From NCBI GenBank assembly GCA_965203055.1, contig OZ241863.1, positions 992,001-1,056,000 of the forward strand: a stretch of DNA of 64,000 bases. The letters are read 5' to 3'. A program made the translations under genes and the position numbers. The notes under the pieces were generated by a model. It was not told the DNA's origin. It worked only from the letters and a program-made list of their open reading frames with translations, and made no database searches. This document shows, one piece after another, positions 45,681-53,812 of the stretch (positions within the stretch are counted from its first letter, which is position 1; every line of letters starts with the position of its first letter). Source of the DNA: Spirochaetia bacterium. Lineage in GTDB: Bacteria > Spirochaetota > Spirochaetia > SZUA-6 > Bin103.

Positions 45681-47929
45681 GCGCCGTCGAGAATCTCCCG
45701 CGCCATGGCCGGTACCGCCTCCGGCTCGATGCGGCTGGCGGCCGCATCCGCGATCAGCAGCTCGCGCGACAGGTAGCGATGGTACTTCTCGCTGGCGAGG
45801 GCGTTCATGCCGGCTGCCAGATCGCGCCCGTTCGGAGGCTCCCGGCGGGCCAGCAGCTCGAGGGTCGCTGCCAGGTCCGCGCCGTCAGGCTGCAGGGCCG
45901 AAAGCTCCAGAAACCCGTCGTGGAGCGTCGCGGCGTAGCCTTGCGACCGGAGCGCGAGCGCCAGGGTCGCGGTGCGGATCGATCCCTCCCAGGTGGCGAC
46001 CAGGTAATGGTTGGGCCCCAGGTCGACGATCCGGCGCCGGGACAGCTCCATGCGGCGGTAGGCGCCGCGCCCCTCCCGCAGGAGCGCGGCTGCCGCCGGA
46101 TCGAGATAGCGCGGAATCCCTCCGCCCTCCAGTGTCGCGCGCATCCGTCGAATCACGACGTCGTCGATCACGCCGGCCCCGCCGGCGAACGGCGGCGGGC
46201 GGCCGGTCGCGTCCCGGGTCACCTCGATGATCTTCTCCCGTTCGTGGACCGCCCTGACCCGCCACCGGCGCCCGGCGAAGATGATCGTCGCGTCGGGCGC
46301 CAGCGGCGTGACGATCGGAATGGTTCCGAGCGTCCGGCTGCCGAACACTACCCGGTACTCGTCGGGGGTCTCGAACACGGCGTAGAAGCCGTAGTGCTCG
46401 ACGATCCGCTCGCCCGCCGCTCCCAGCAGCAGCGTGCCGTCAGGCGATTGCTCGATCAGGGCGACCTCGGGGTGTCCCATGCGGCGCAGAAGACGAGCGA
46501 ACAGGGCCGGGTCGACGCGCTTGAACGGGCCGCGCCGGCACAGGATCAGGAACGCCTGCTGCGCGGCTACGCCGCCTCGTTCGGCGATGACCGAGAGCAC
46601 TTGATGGACCAGAGTGGACAGATGGAGCGCCGCGGGCCGCGGCCGCTCGCACCAGCGTTCCAGCAGGAGATCGAGCATCGCTATCGACCGCACCAGCCCC
46701 AGACGCAGCCCATCGACCGGGTGCAGCTCCGCATCGAGCGCGCGCTCCGTCGCGTACATGCGCAGAATCGCCGGCTGGCCGCGGCGCCCGGATCGTCCCA
46801 GGCGCTGGCGCAGGGAGGCTACGGAAAACGGAGCGCCGACCTGAGCGACGCAGGCGATTTCTCCGATGTCGATCCCCAGCTCCAGGGTGGAAGTGCAGAC
46901 CGCCGTGGTCGGCAGCCGTCCTTCCTTGAGCCGCTGCTCGACGGCGAGCCGATGATCGCGCGCCAGGCTGGAGTGGTGCGGGAAGAACTCGTTGGGCAGC
47001 CGCCGGCGCTCGGAGCTTCTGCGCAGCAGATCCGCGAACTGCTCCACGTTCTGGCGCGAGCCGGCGAACATCAGGTTGGTCGCGCCGCGCAGCTTGTCGA
47101 ACAGGTGGGCGGCAATCGCCGCCTCGGTACTGCTCTGAGCGGCATCCGGTTCGTCCGCGGGGCGCGGGCCGACCCGGTAGCCGCGCAGTTGCGCGCGCAG
47201 CTCGGGGCCTTCCGCGGCGCTCCGCAGGACGGTGACCGCGCCCGGCGCCTCCGGCCGCAGGTACTGTCTGGTGAGCTCCATGTCGCCGAGCGTTGCCGAC
47301 AGGCCGACGCGCCGAACGCGGCGTCCGGTTGCGAACTCCAGGCGGCTGAGCAGCGAACGCACGTGGACGCCGCGCTCGGTATCGAGGAGCGCGTGCAGCT
47401 CGTCGATGACGATGGCATCGAGTTTGCCGAACAGCCCTCTGATCTCAAGGCCGCGCCGCACGAACGCCGCCTCCAGAGATTCCGGCGTGATCAGCAGGAT
47501 GCCCCGGGGATTCTTGCGCGCCTTCGCCTTGGTGGCCGCCGCAACGTCACCGTGCCAAGGGTGCACCGGAAGATCGATTTCCTCACACAGATCCTGGAGG
47601 CGGCGGAACTGGTCGTTGATCAGCGCCCGCAGCGGCCCCACGTACAGCAGGTCGAATCCGCGGCCCGCGGCAGCCGCCCGGAGCACGCGGGAAATCAGGG
47701 GCAGGAAGGCGGCCTCCGTCTTGCCGCCGGCGGTAGCCGCAGCAATGATGAGGTCCGCATTGCCCTGCAGGAGAAGCGGAATCGAACGCTCCTGAATGTC
47801 GCGCAGCGCCGACCACTTCTGACGCCAGATCCAGCGCCGGACCGGTTCCGCCAGCAGCTCGAAGCTGTTCGACTCCCGCGGCGCGGGAGTGTGAGTTTCA
47901 GAGTTGGAAGTGGGCGAGGTCGCCGTCAT
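45677..47929 (-). CDS. Lhr-like DEAD/DEAH helicase (Shango SngC-like)
   Basis: AATAGGKTEAAFLP, PLRALINDQ, ITPESLE, IDELH, LSAT, TSTLELGIDIG, QRLGRSGRR. Confidence 0.9.
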   Translation of the reverse strand: MTATSPTSNSETHTPAPRESNSFELLAEPVRRWIWRQKWSALRDIQERSIPLLLQGNADLIIAAATAGGKTEAAFLPLISRVLRAAAAGRGFDLLYVGPLRALINDQFRRLQDLCEEIDLPVHPWHGDVAAATKAKARKNPRGILLITPESLEAAFVRRGLEIRGLFGKLDAIVIDELHALLDTERGVHVRSLLSRLEFATGRRVRRVGLSATLGDMELTRQYLRPEAPGAVTVLRSAAEGPELRAQLRGYRVGPRPADEPDAAQSSTEAAIAAHLFDKLRGATNLMFAGSRQNVEQFADLLRRSSERRRLPNEFFPHHSSLARDHRLAVEQRLKEGRLPTTAVCTSTLELGIDIGEIACVAQVGAPFSVASLRQRLGRSGRRGQPAILRMYATERALDAELHPVDGLRLGLVRSIAMLDLLLERWCERPRPAALHLSTLVHQVLSVIAERGGVAAQQAFLILCRRGPFKRVDPALFARLLRRMGHPEVALIEQSPDGTLLLGAAGERIVEHYGFYAVFETPDEYRVVFGSRTLGTIPIVTPLAPDATIIFAGRRWRVRAVHEREKIIEVTRDATGRPPPFAGGAGVIDDVVIRRMRATLEGGGIPRYLDPAAAALLREGRGAYRRMELSRRRIVDLGPNHYLVATWEGSIRTATLALALRSQGYAATLHDGFLELSALQPDGADLAATLELLARREPPNGRDLAAGMNALASEKYHRYLSRELLIADAAASRIEPEAVPAMAREILDGA

Positions 47930-49199
47930 CGGATTGGCCCGCCGCGGCAGCGCCCGCGCTATCGCCGCCGTCCGGCGCGACGTGCGCGGCGCCGATCAGG
48001 CGGCGCCAGTCGGCGCCGGGGTTCTGCTCGAGGACGGCGAGGAGATTGACGAACGCGGTAACGGTGTTGCGGGGCGTGCGAAAGTAGGCATCGCCGATCC
48101 GGTCCGAACAGTGCTGCATGAAGGCGTGCAGCGCTTCGTCCGGCAGCGGCTCCGCGGCGCCCTGAAACACGCGGCGAACGTTGGTCAGCAGCACGAACAG
48201 ATCCTCGGGCGTCAGGTTGGAGAGGCGGATTACCGGTCCCGACAGATCGACCAGTCCGTCCCGCGCGAAGGTGTTTTCGGCCAGTCGAGACTGCAGCGCC
48301 TCGTAGCTGTACAGGCCGCGCCGCGTATCCATGAGAAACTCCGGCGTGCCGCCCATCAGCAGGCCGAACCCGGCGGCGCTGCCCTGCAGCACGTCGTTCA
48401 GGATGTGCAGGATCTGCTCGTAGTTGCCGTTTCGGGCTTGACGGCTCACCAGCTTGTAGAGGTTGACCATTTCGTCCAGGACCACGAGCAGGCCCCGGTA
48501 ACCGGCCTCCCGGACGAACGCCGAGAACAGCTTCAGATGATCGTAGACGCCGGCGTCGTCGATGATCGTGCGCACCTTGAGGGCGGCGCGGGCGTCGGTG
48601 CGGGTGGCGTATTCCGCGCGCAGCCAGCGCACCGCGTTTGCCTGCAGCGCTTCGTCGTCTTGCTCGTGGCCCTGCCAGTAGCGGCCGATGACGGTCGCAA
48701 ACTCGTAGCCGCCGGTCAACTCCTCGAGGTGACCGAGCCGGGCGCGAATCACCCGGTCGGGCGTCAGCCCCCGTTCTTCGGCCTCCTGCATGGCGCGCGT
48801 AACGAACCGTTCCACCACACTGGTCAACGCGCCGCCCGCGGGCCGCGTGCGGGTCGCGGTGCTGCTGGTGAGCTCCGCGAACAGCGAGCGCGCCTGGCCG
48901 CCGGTGGCGTGCAGCCGGCGGTCAGGCGCGAGGTCGGCGGACATGACGACCAGCCCCTTCTCCAACGCGATGAGCCGGACCAGGTTGAGAAAGAAGGTCT
49001 TGCCGGAACCGTACTCGCCGATCACGAAGCGCAGCGCCGCGCCGCCGGCGCCGATTCGGTCGACCTCCCTGATCATTTCGTCAACTTCGCGGACCCGTCC
49101 GACCTGGATGTGCTGCAGTCCCAATTTCGGAACGACGCCGGCCCGCAACGCCTGGATTATGGTGTCTCGTTCCCGCCGCTTCAGCTTTGGCCGCGGCAT
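47898..49199 (-). CDS. DUF2791/BrxD-like P-loop ATPase (Shango SngB-like)
   Basis: ALRAGVVPKLG, IGEYGSGKTF, LDEMVN, YEALQSRL, TPR. Confidence 0.88.
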   Translation of the reverse strand: MPRPKLKRRERDTIIQALRAGVVPKLGLQHIQVGRVREVDEMIREVDRIGAGGAALRFVIGEYGSGKTFFLNLVRLIALEKGLVVMSADLAPDRRLHATGGQARSLFAELTSSTATRTRPAGGALTSVVERFVTRAMQEAEERGLTPDRVIRARLGHLEELTGGYEFATVIGRYWQGHEQDDEALQANAVRWLRAEYATRTDARAALKVRTIIDDAGVYDHLKLFSAFVREAGYRGLLVVLDEMVNLYKLVSRQARNGNYEQILHILNDVLQGSAAGFGLLMGGTPEFLMDTRRGLYSYEALQSRLAENTFARDGLVDLSGPVIRLSNLTPEDLFVLLTNVRRVFQGAAEPLPDEALHAFMQHCSDRIGDAYFRTPRNTVTAFVNLLAVLEQNPGADWRRLIGAAHVAPDGGDSAGAAAAGQSDDGDLAHFQL

Positions 49200-49215
49200 C
49201 AGGCGCCTCCGAACG

Positions 49216-51906
49216 TCACGCGGCGGTGCCGTCCACGAGCTCCGGGTTCACCTCGTAGTTCCCATTTTCTTCGATCAACGCGGCGTCGAAGCGTTCGAAT
49301 GCCCACTCATTGATCGTTTCCAACACGCCGTCCGGCAGCAGCTCGAACTGTCGAGCCAGCTTCTCGAATTCCTGCGGAGCCCAGGAGCGCTGCCGCAGCA
49401 ACTCCTCGACCAGGCGGCGATGCCTGGCGTCGAGGCCGGCGAACCGGGCGCTCCGGTCGGACCTCCGGGCGGCCTGCCCGCCGCGCGCCTCGTCCTCATC
49501 TTCCGCGGCATCTTCGGCAGCATCTTCCGCAGGGTCGGCGAATACTGCATGCAGCACGTTCGACACCTGCGTCGTGTCCTGCATGATCGCCGCGACTCGT
49601 TCCTGATCGAGGACGATCGACGCCGGCTCAGCCTCCGCCGCGGCCGGCGGCGGCGCCGGGATGAGGTATTCGGCGTCCGCGGTCTTCGGCTGAAACACCG
49701 TGACCGGTTCGGACGGCGCGGCCAGCGCATGCAGCTCCCGGTAGATGCCGTCCGCATCGAGATCGAGGATTCGATACAGCTTCTGAATCGCCTTGATTTC
49801 CGCCGGGTCGATCACGCCGTCCGCGCCGACCGCGGCCAGAGCGAGGCGCCCAAGTCCATGGCGCACTTCGGGTCCGACTTCCTTAACCCGCCGGCGGATC
49901 GGAGCGAGGTCGGGCGGAACCGCCATCATCCACTCGAGATTGGCCTGCAGTCGCGCCTTCTCGGAGACGCTGAGCACCGTCGATGACGCGAACCGCTCCG
50001 TGAGATGGCGCCGCTCCAACTCCGACACCGTGCCGTCGGCGTGCGCAATGAAGGTGCCCATGACCAGCGAGAGCAGCGCCGCGGGATAGTCCCTGCTCAC
50101 CTCCTCCAACCGCGTGATCCCGTCCGGCAGCGCGAACAGCACCACCGGCTCGCCCGACTTGGGGCTGCGCAGCGCGAATCGAGGATCGGGCGCCATGCCG
50201 ATCGACAGCCGGGCCAGGGCGTCGGCGGCGCCGGTCAGTTGCCGTCTCCCGATCTTCTCCGGTGCCCGGCCCTCCAGGCGTTCGATGAGGTGATCGACTG
50301 CGATCAGACCGCCGCCGGCGATCCTGCTCCGCGCCCACTCCCGCAGCTCATCCAGCTCGGGACAGGGAAACAGCGCCTGCAGCGGTTCGGGCAACAGGGC
50401 GTGCGCTTCGATGGTGCCGCGCCCCTCCGGATTGCGCCCCAGATAGCGGCTGAACTTGTCGAGCTCGTCGGCGGTCCGGTCGGCGATCCGAACGGCCTTT
50501 TCGAGCGGTGCGGCGAGTTGCGAAATGTCCGGCACCTTGGTGGCAAGCTCCACCTCGAAATTGGTGGAGGCCGCGCGGTAGGTCAGGGAAAGAAGGCGCC
50601 GCGGGGCAGCTATCTTGAGCCCGTCCGGATGCCGTTCTCGAAACCGTATGAGGAACAGCTCGCGGTACTCCGGGAAGGCGCGTTGCGCCGGCATGCGCAG
50701 CCGCCGTTCCGGATGGGTGGCCAGCCAGGAGAGCATCCACTCCGCGGGCACCGGCTTGGCATCCTGCAGCAGGCCGCCAATCGCCAGGCGAACCGCCAGC
50801 GGGAGCTCGTGGCCGGACCTGCGGAACTCCGGGTCCGGCGCGTCGTCGTCTTTGGCCATGGCGAGTTGAGCCGCCTGCAGAAACGACCCCAGATAACCGT
50901 TTACCGAACCGTTCACGCCATACGCGCCGCGCAGCCGCTCGACCTCGGCGACGATGGCCAGTTGCTCGCGCCGGTCAGGGCGGTCGACGAAGAATCTCCG
51001 TTCGAGGCCGTAGAAGTAGAGGAAGACGTAGCCGACGTTGTAGTCAGGATGGGAGCGTCCGCCGGCCAGCCACGCGAGATAGGTGGCGCGCGAGCGGGGA
51101 TGGATGGAGGAATAGTTCGGCCAGTACGGCATGCCCTCCGCCTGCAGGTCGTCCGCCCGGTAGGCGACCAGCTTCGCCGGATCGATGAACGCATGGTCGG
51201 GTTTCCCGCCCACGGTCGGGCCGCGTCCGACGTATACCATGCCGCCGATCTCCCGCCCGGCTATGGTGACCGATTCGCCGGCCGGAACCCAGCGCGGCTT
51301 CCGGCTCGCCCGGGGCGCCCGCGGGCCTCTCGGGCGGCCGGCGTCCGCCGGCGGCCGGTCGGAGCGCTTGCGTCGTTCGACCAATAATGCCCGCGGCTCG
51401 CTCCGCGCAACCTGCGGCGCCGCCTGTGGCGGCGCCGGTTCCGGCGGGCTGCTCGGGCGCAGCGCCGACTGCATCTGCAAGTCCGGGAACGCGTATGCCG
51501 CGCTGCCCTCTGCGATCCTCAATTCCGCGTGCCCCCGTTCGACCAGCCCGTCCAGGCAGACCTTGCACTCATCCAGGCTGTAGTCTCCCTGCACCGCGAC
51601 GGCGGCGGGCGTGATGCTGCCGCCGTTGGCCGCAGCCGCCTGCAGAACCGCCCGTTCGAGTGGTTCCGACGAGCCGGTCTGCGCCGGATCGGGCGCCGCG
51701 CCGGCCCGCGCGCTCTTGGCCCGTGCCATGGAGGGAATGGTGAACAGGTCGATGAGGTTCCCGATTCCGAGCAGCCCCAGGGTGAGCAGCCACAGGACTC
51801 CGGTGCCCGGCCGCCCGAGGTAGAACCGGTGAATGCCCGAGACGCCCACCAGGCAGAGCGCCCACAGCAGATAGGCGATGCCCCGCGAAGGCCCTGCGTC
51901 GTCCAT
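49216..51906 (-). CDS. TM2 + winged-helix + TerB_N/TerB/TerB_C fusion (Shango SngA-like)
   Basis: Start ATG 51906 after TAATCT. TM2 motif AYLLW..GIHRFYLG..G.LWLLTLGLLGIG..IDLF; TerB_N YWPNYS...YVFLYFYGLERR; AHADG and GADGVIDPAE; TerB_C ETINEWAFERFD. Confidence 0.82.
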   Translation of the reverse strand: MDDAGPSRGIAYLLWALCLVGVSGIHRFYLGRPGTGVLWLLTLGLLGIGNLIDLFTIPSMARAKSARAGAAPDPAQTGSSEPLERAVLQAAAANGGSITPAAVAVQGDYSLDECKVCLDGLVERGHAELRIAEGSAAYAFPDLQMQSALRPSSPPEPAPPQAAPQVARSEPRALLVERRKRSDRPPADAGRPRGPRAPRASRKPRWVPAGESVTIAGREIGGMVYVGRGPTVGGKPDHAFIDPAKLVAYRADDLQAEGMPYWPNYSSIHPRSRATYLAWLAGGRSHPDYNVGYVFLYFYGLERRFFVDRPDRREQLAIVAEVERLRGAYGVNGSVNGYLGSFLQAAQLAMAKDDDAPDPEFRRSGHELPLAVRLAIGGLLQDAKPVPAEWMLSWLATHPERRLRMPAQRAFPEYRELFLIRFRERHPDGLKIAAPRRLLSLTYRAASTNFEVELATKVPDISQLAAPLEKAVRIADRTADELDKFSRYLGRNPEGRGTIEAHALLPEPLQALFPCPELDELREWARSRIAGGGLIAVDHLIERLEGRAPEKIGRRQLTGAADALARLSIGMAPDPRFALRSPKSGEPVVLFALPDGITRLEEVSRDYPAALLSLVMGTFIAHADGTVSELERRHLTERFASSTVLSVSEKARLQANLEWMMAVPPDLAPIRRRVKEVGPEVRHGLGRLALAAVGADGVIDPAEIKAIQKLYRILDLDADGIYRELHALAAPSEPVTVFQPKTADAEYLIPAPPPAAAEAEPASIVLDQERVAAIMQDTTQVSNVLHAVFADPAEDAAEDAAEDEDEARGGQAARRSDRSARFAGLDARHRRLVEELLRQRSWAPQEFEKLARQFELLPDGVLETINEWAFERFDAALIEENGNYEVNPELVDGTAA

Positions 51907-52203
51907 GCGCCCGCAGATTACCGAACGCCGCCCAAAGCGCCAACCGGCCCCAAAGACGGTGATTTGCATGCGCCGGACTGCGCGCGGGGATCGCCGTGCC
52001 GCGCAAGTCTGCCGCGCCCGCCTGCCGCCGTACCGCACGGAGCCGCGCCGGCGGCCGCGGGCGGCGGTTGGCAGCGGAGCGCGGGACGTGCGACCATTCC
52101 GGCCGGGGAGGAGGCGATGCGCTGGTCCTGGAGCGGAAGCGGCAGGTCCTGCAGCGCTGGAAGCCCGCATGAACGACGACGGGAAGTAGGGTATGGAAAT
52201 GGA

Positions 52204-53418
52204 ATGAAGACCGCAGTATTGATGGTGGCGGCGGCGCTTGCGCTGACCGCTGCCGAAGAAGCGATGCCGAACCCGCCGGTAGCCAAGCAGCCATTGGCGC
52301 CGGCGCCGGCTGTCGATTGGCGCAGCATTGACCATGTAGTACGCATCGAAGTGACGATGCCGGATGCTGACTGGGAAGAATTGCGCATGGTTGGCCGTAG
52401 CCACGACATCGGCTTGGATCAAAGCAACCCGGTTCCGAACTGGTCTTGTGAACCGTTCGACAGTCCCTTCGACTGGTTCGAGGCAACGGTGTCTATCGAC
52501 GGGAAGGAGTACAAGCGCGCCCGGATTCGCAAGAAAGGTTTCTACGGTTCGCTGTCCACTGACAAGCCATCGCTCAAGCTGCGGTTGGACAAGTACATCA
52601 ACGACCAGGATCACTTCGGGACAACGCGGATGACGCTGAACAACAGCATCCAGGACAAGTCCCTGGTGAACACCTGCTTGACGTATGAGTTGTTCCGTCG
52701 CGCCGGCATTCCTGCGCCGTTGTGCAACTACGCCAAGGTGGCGGTGAACGGAGACGATCTTGGGACCTACGTCAACGTCGAAGATATGAAGACGGACTAC
52801 TTCGACCGGGTATGGGACGGCGCTGGCAACCTTTACGAGGGTACGTTCAGTGACTTCCGCCCGCAGCTTACCGGCACCTTCGAGAAGAAGACTGAGAATC
52901 CGGGGTTGGGCGACATCGACAAGCTGACCGAGGCAATCGCCAGCGACGACGTTGCCAGCATCGAACGGCTTGTGGACGTAGATCGGTTCCTGACGTATTG
53001 GGCGCTTGAGTCGCTGGTCGGATTCCATGACGGGTATACCGAAGGCATCAACAACTACTACTTCCACGAAAGCGCGGACGGGTTGGTGTTCATCCCATAT
53101 GGGCCGGATCAAGCATTCGTCTACCCTAAGTCGAAAGTGATGAACATGCGCGGGGCTTTGGCCCGCGCTTTGTACTCGAAGCACAAGGAAGCCTACAAGC
53201 GCACCATGCGCCGGCTGCTGGCAACGGTCTGGAATGAAGTGAGGCTGCTCGGATACGTCGGAAGGATTGCCGAGGCAGTAGGCGACAACGCTGATACGAT
53301 GCGGGTTGTCCGGTTCATCGGGGGCCGGCGGGAATGGGTTGAAGGAAGGTTGAAGAACGCTGACTTCGACCGGTTCTTCGCAGCGATCGGGCCGTACACC
53401 GGCAACTGCAACAGGTAA
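52204..53418 (+). CDS. CotH kinase-family protein, exported
   Basis: Signal peptide; RKKGFYGS...KPSLKL, TLNN..QD.S, G.Y..VE, DGY....NNYY, IPYGPD. Confidence 0.8.
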   Translation: MKTAVLMVAAALALTAAEEAMPNPPVAKQPLAPAPAVDWRSIDHVVRIEVTMPDADWEELRMVGRSHDIGLDQSNPVPNWSCEPFDSPFDWFEATVSIDGKEYKRARIRKKGFYGSLSTDKPSLKLRLDKYINDQDHFGTTRMTLNNSIQDKSLVNTCLTYELFRRAGIPAPLCNYAKVAVNGDDLGTYVNVEDMKTDYFDRVWDGAGNLYEGTFSDFRPQLTGTFEKKTENPGLGDIDKLTEAIASDDVASIERLVDVDRFLTYWALESLVGFHDGYTEGINNYYFHESADGLVFIPYGPDQAFVYPKSKVMNMRGALARALYSKHKEAYKRTMRRLLATVWNEVRLLGYVGRIAEAVGDNADTMRVVRFIGGRREWVEGRLKNADFDRFFAAIGPYTGNCNR

Positions 53419-53476
53419 GACAGAGCAGAAGGCTGCCGGTCGCCTGTCAAAGACCGGCGCGACAAGTGAATGCCAT

Positions 53477-53625
53477 AAGGCGCGCATCGTACCGGGCGAC
53501 GGCATGGTAACGGCGCTGGCCGCCCTCGCCGGCGGCTGCAGCCGGGTGGTGATCGCGGACTTGGTAGCCGCCAAGCTGCAGTTGGCCGCCTCCCTGGGGC
53601 CGATCGTGCCGTTGCGGGTGGATCA
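53477..53625 (+). pseudogene. Fragment of a Zn-dependent polyol (xylitol/sorbitol) dehydrogenase
   Basis: [32 protein letters not shown]; no N-terminal catalytic domain and no GxGxxG segment. Confidence 0.55.
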
Positions 53626-53812
53626 GGGTCTCGTGCAGGCGACTTGGCAGGGCGCTCTGCGCGAACTCGGCAAAGGCGCGGGAGTAAGGTCGCCTCGCTG
53701 GGCAGCGCGCGGCGACTCTGCCACGCGCACAGGCGCCGGGCCGACGGCGGCCTCGGAGCCCCTTGCGCCCCCGGCCGTTGGTGGGTAGATTTTCTGTCAG
53801 GAGGGAGGTGAA

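Noticed and set aside
47898..49199. BREX system because of the BrxD-like ATPase
   Set aside because: No pglZ or pglX; the TerB plus Lhr context fits Shango
51907..53574. N-terminal extension making a 1452-aa TerB ORF
   Set aside because: It is the antisense shadow of the CotH gene plus intergenic DNA; recognisable protein starts at ATG 51906
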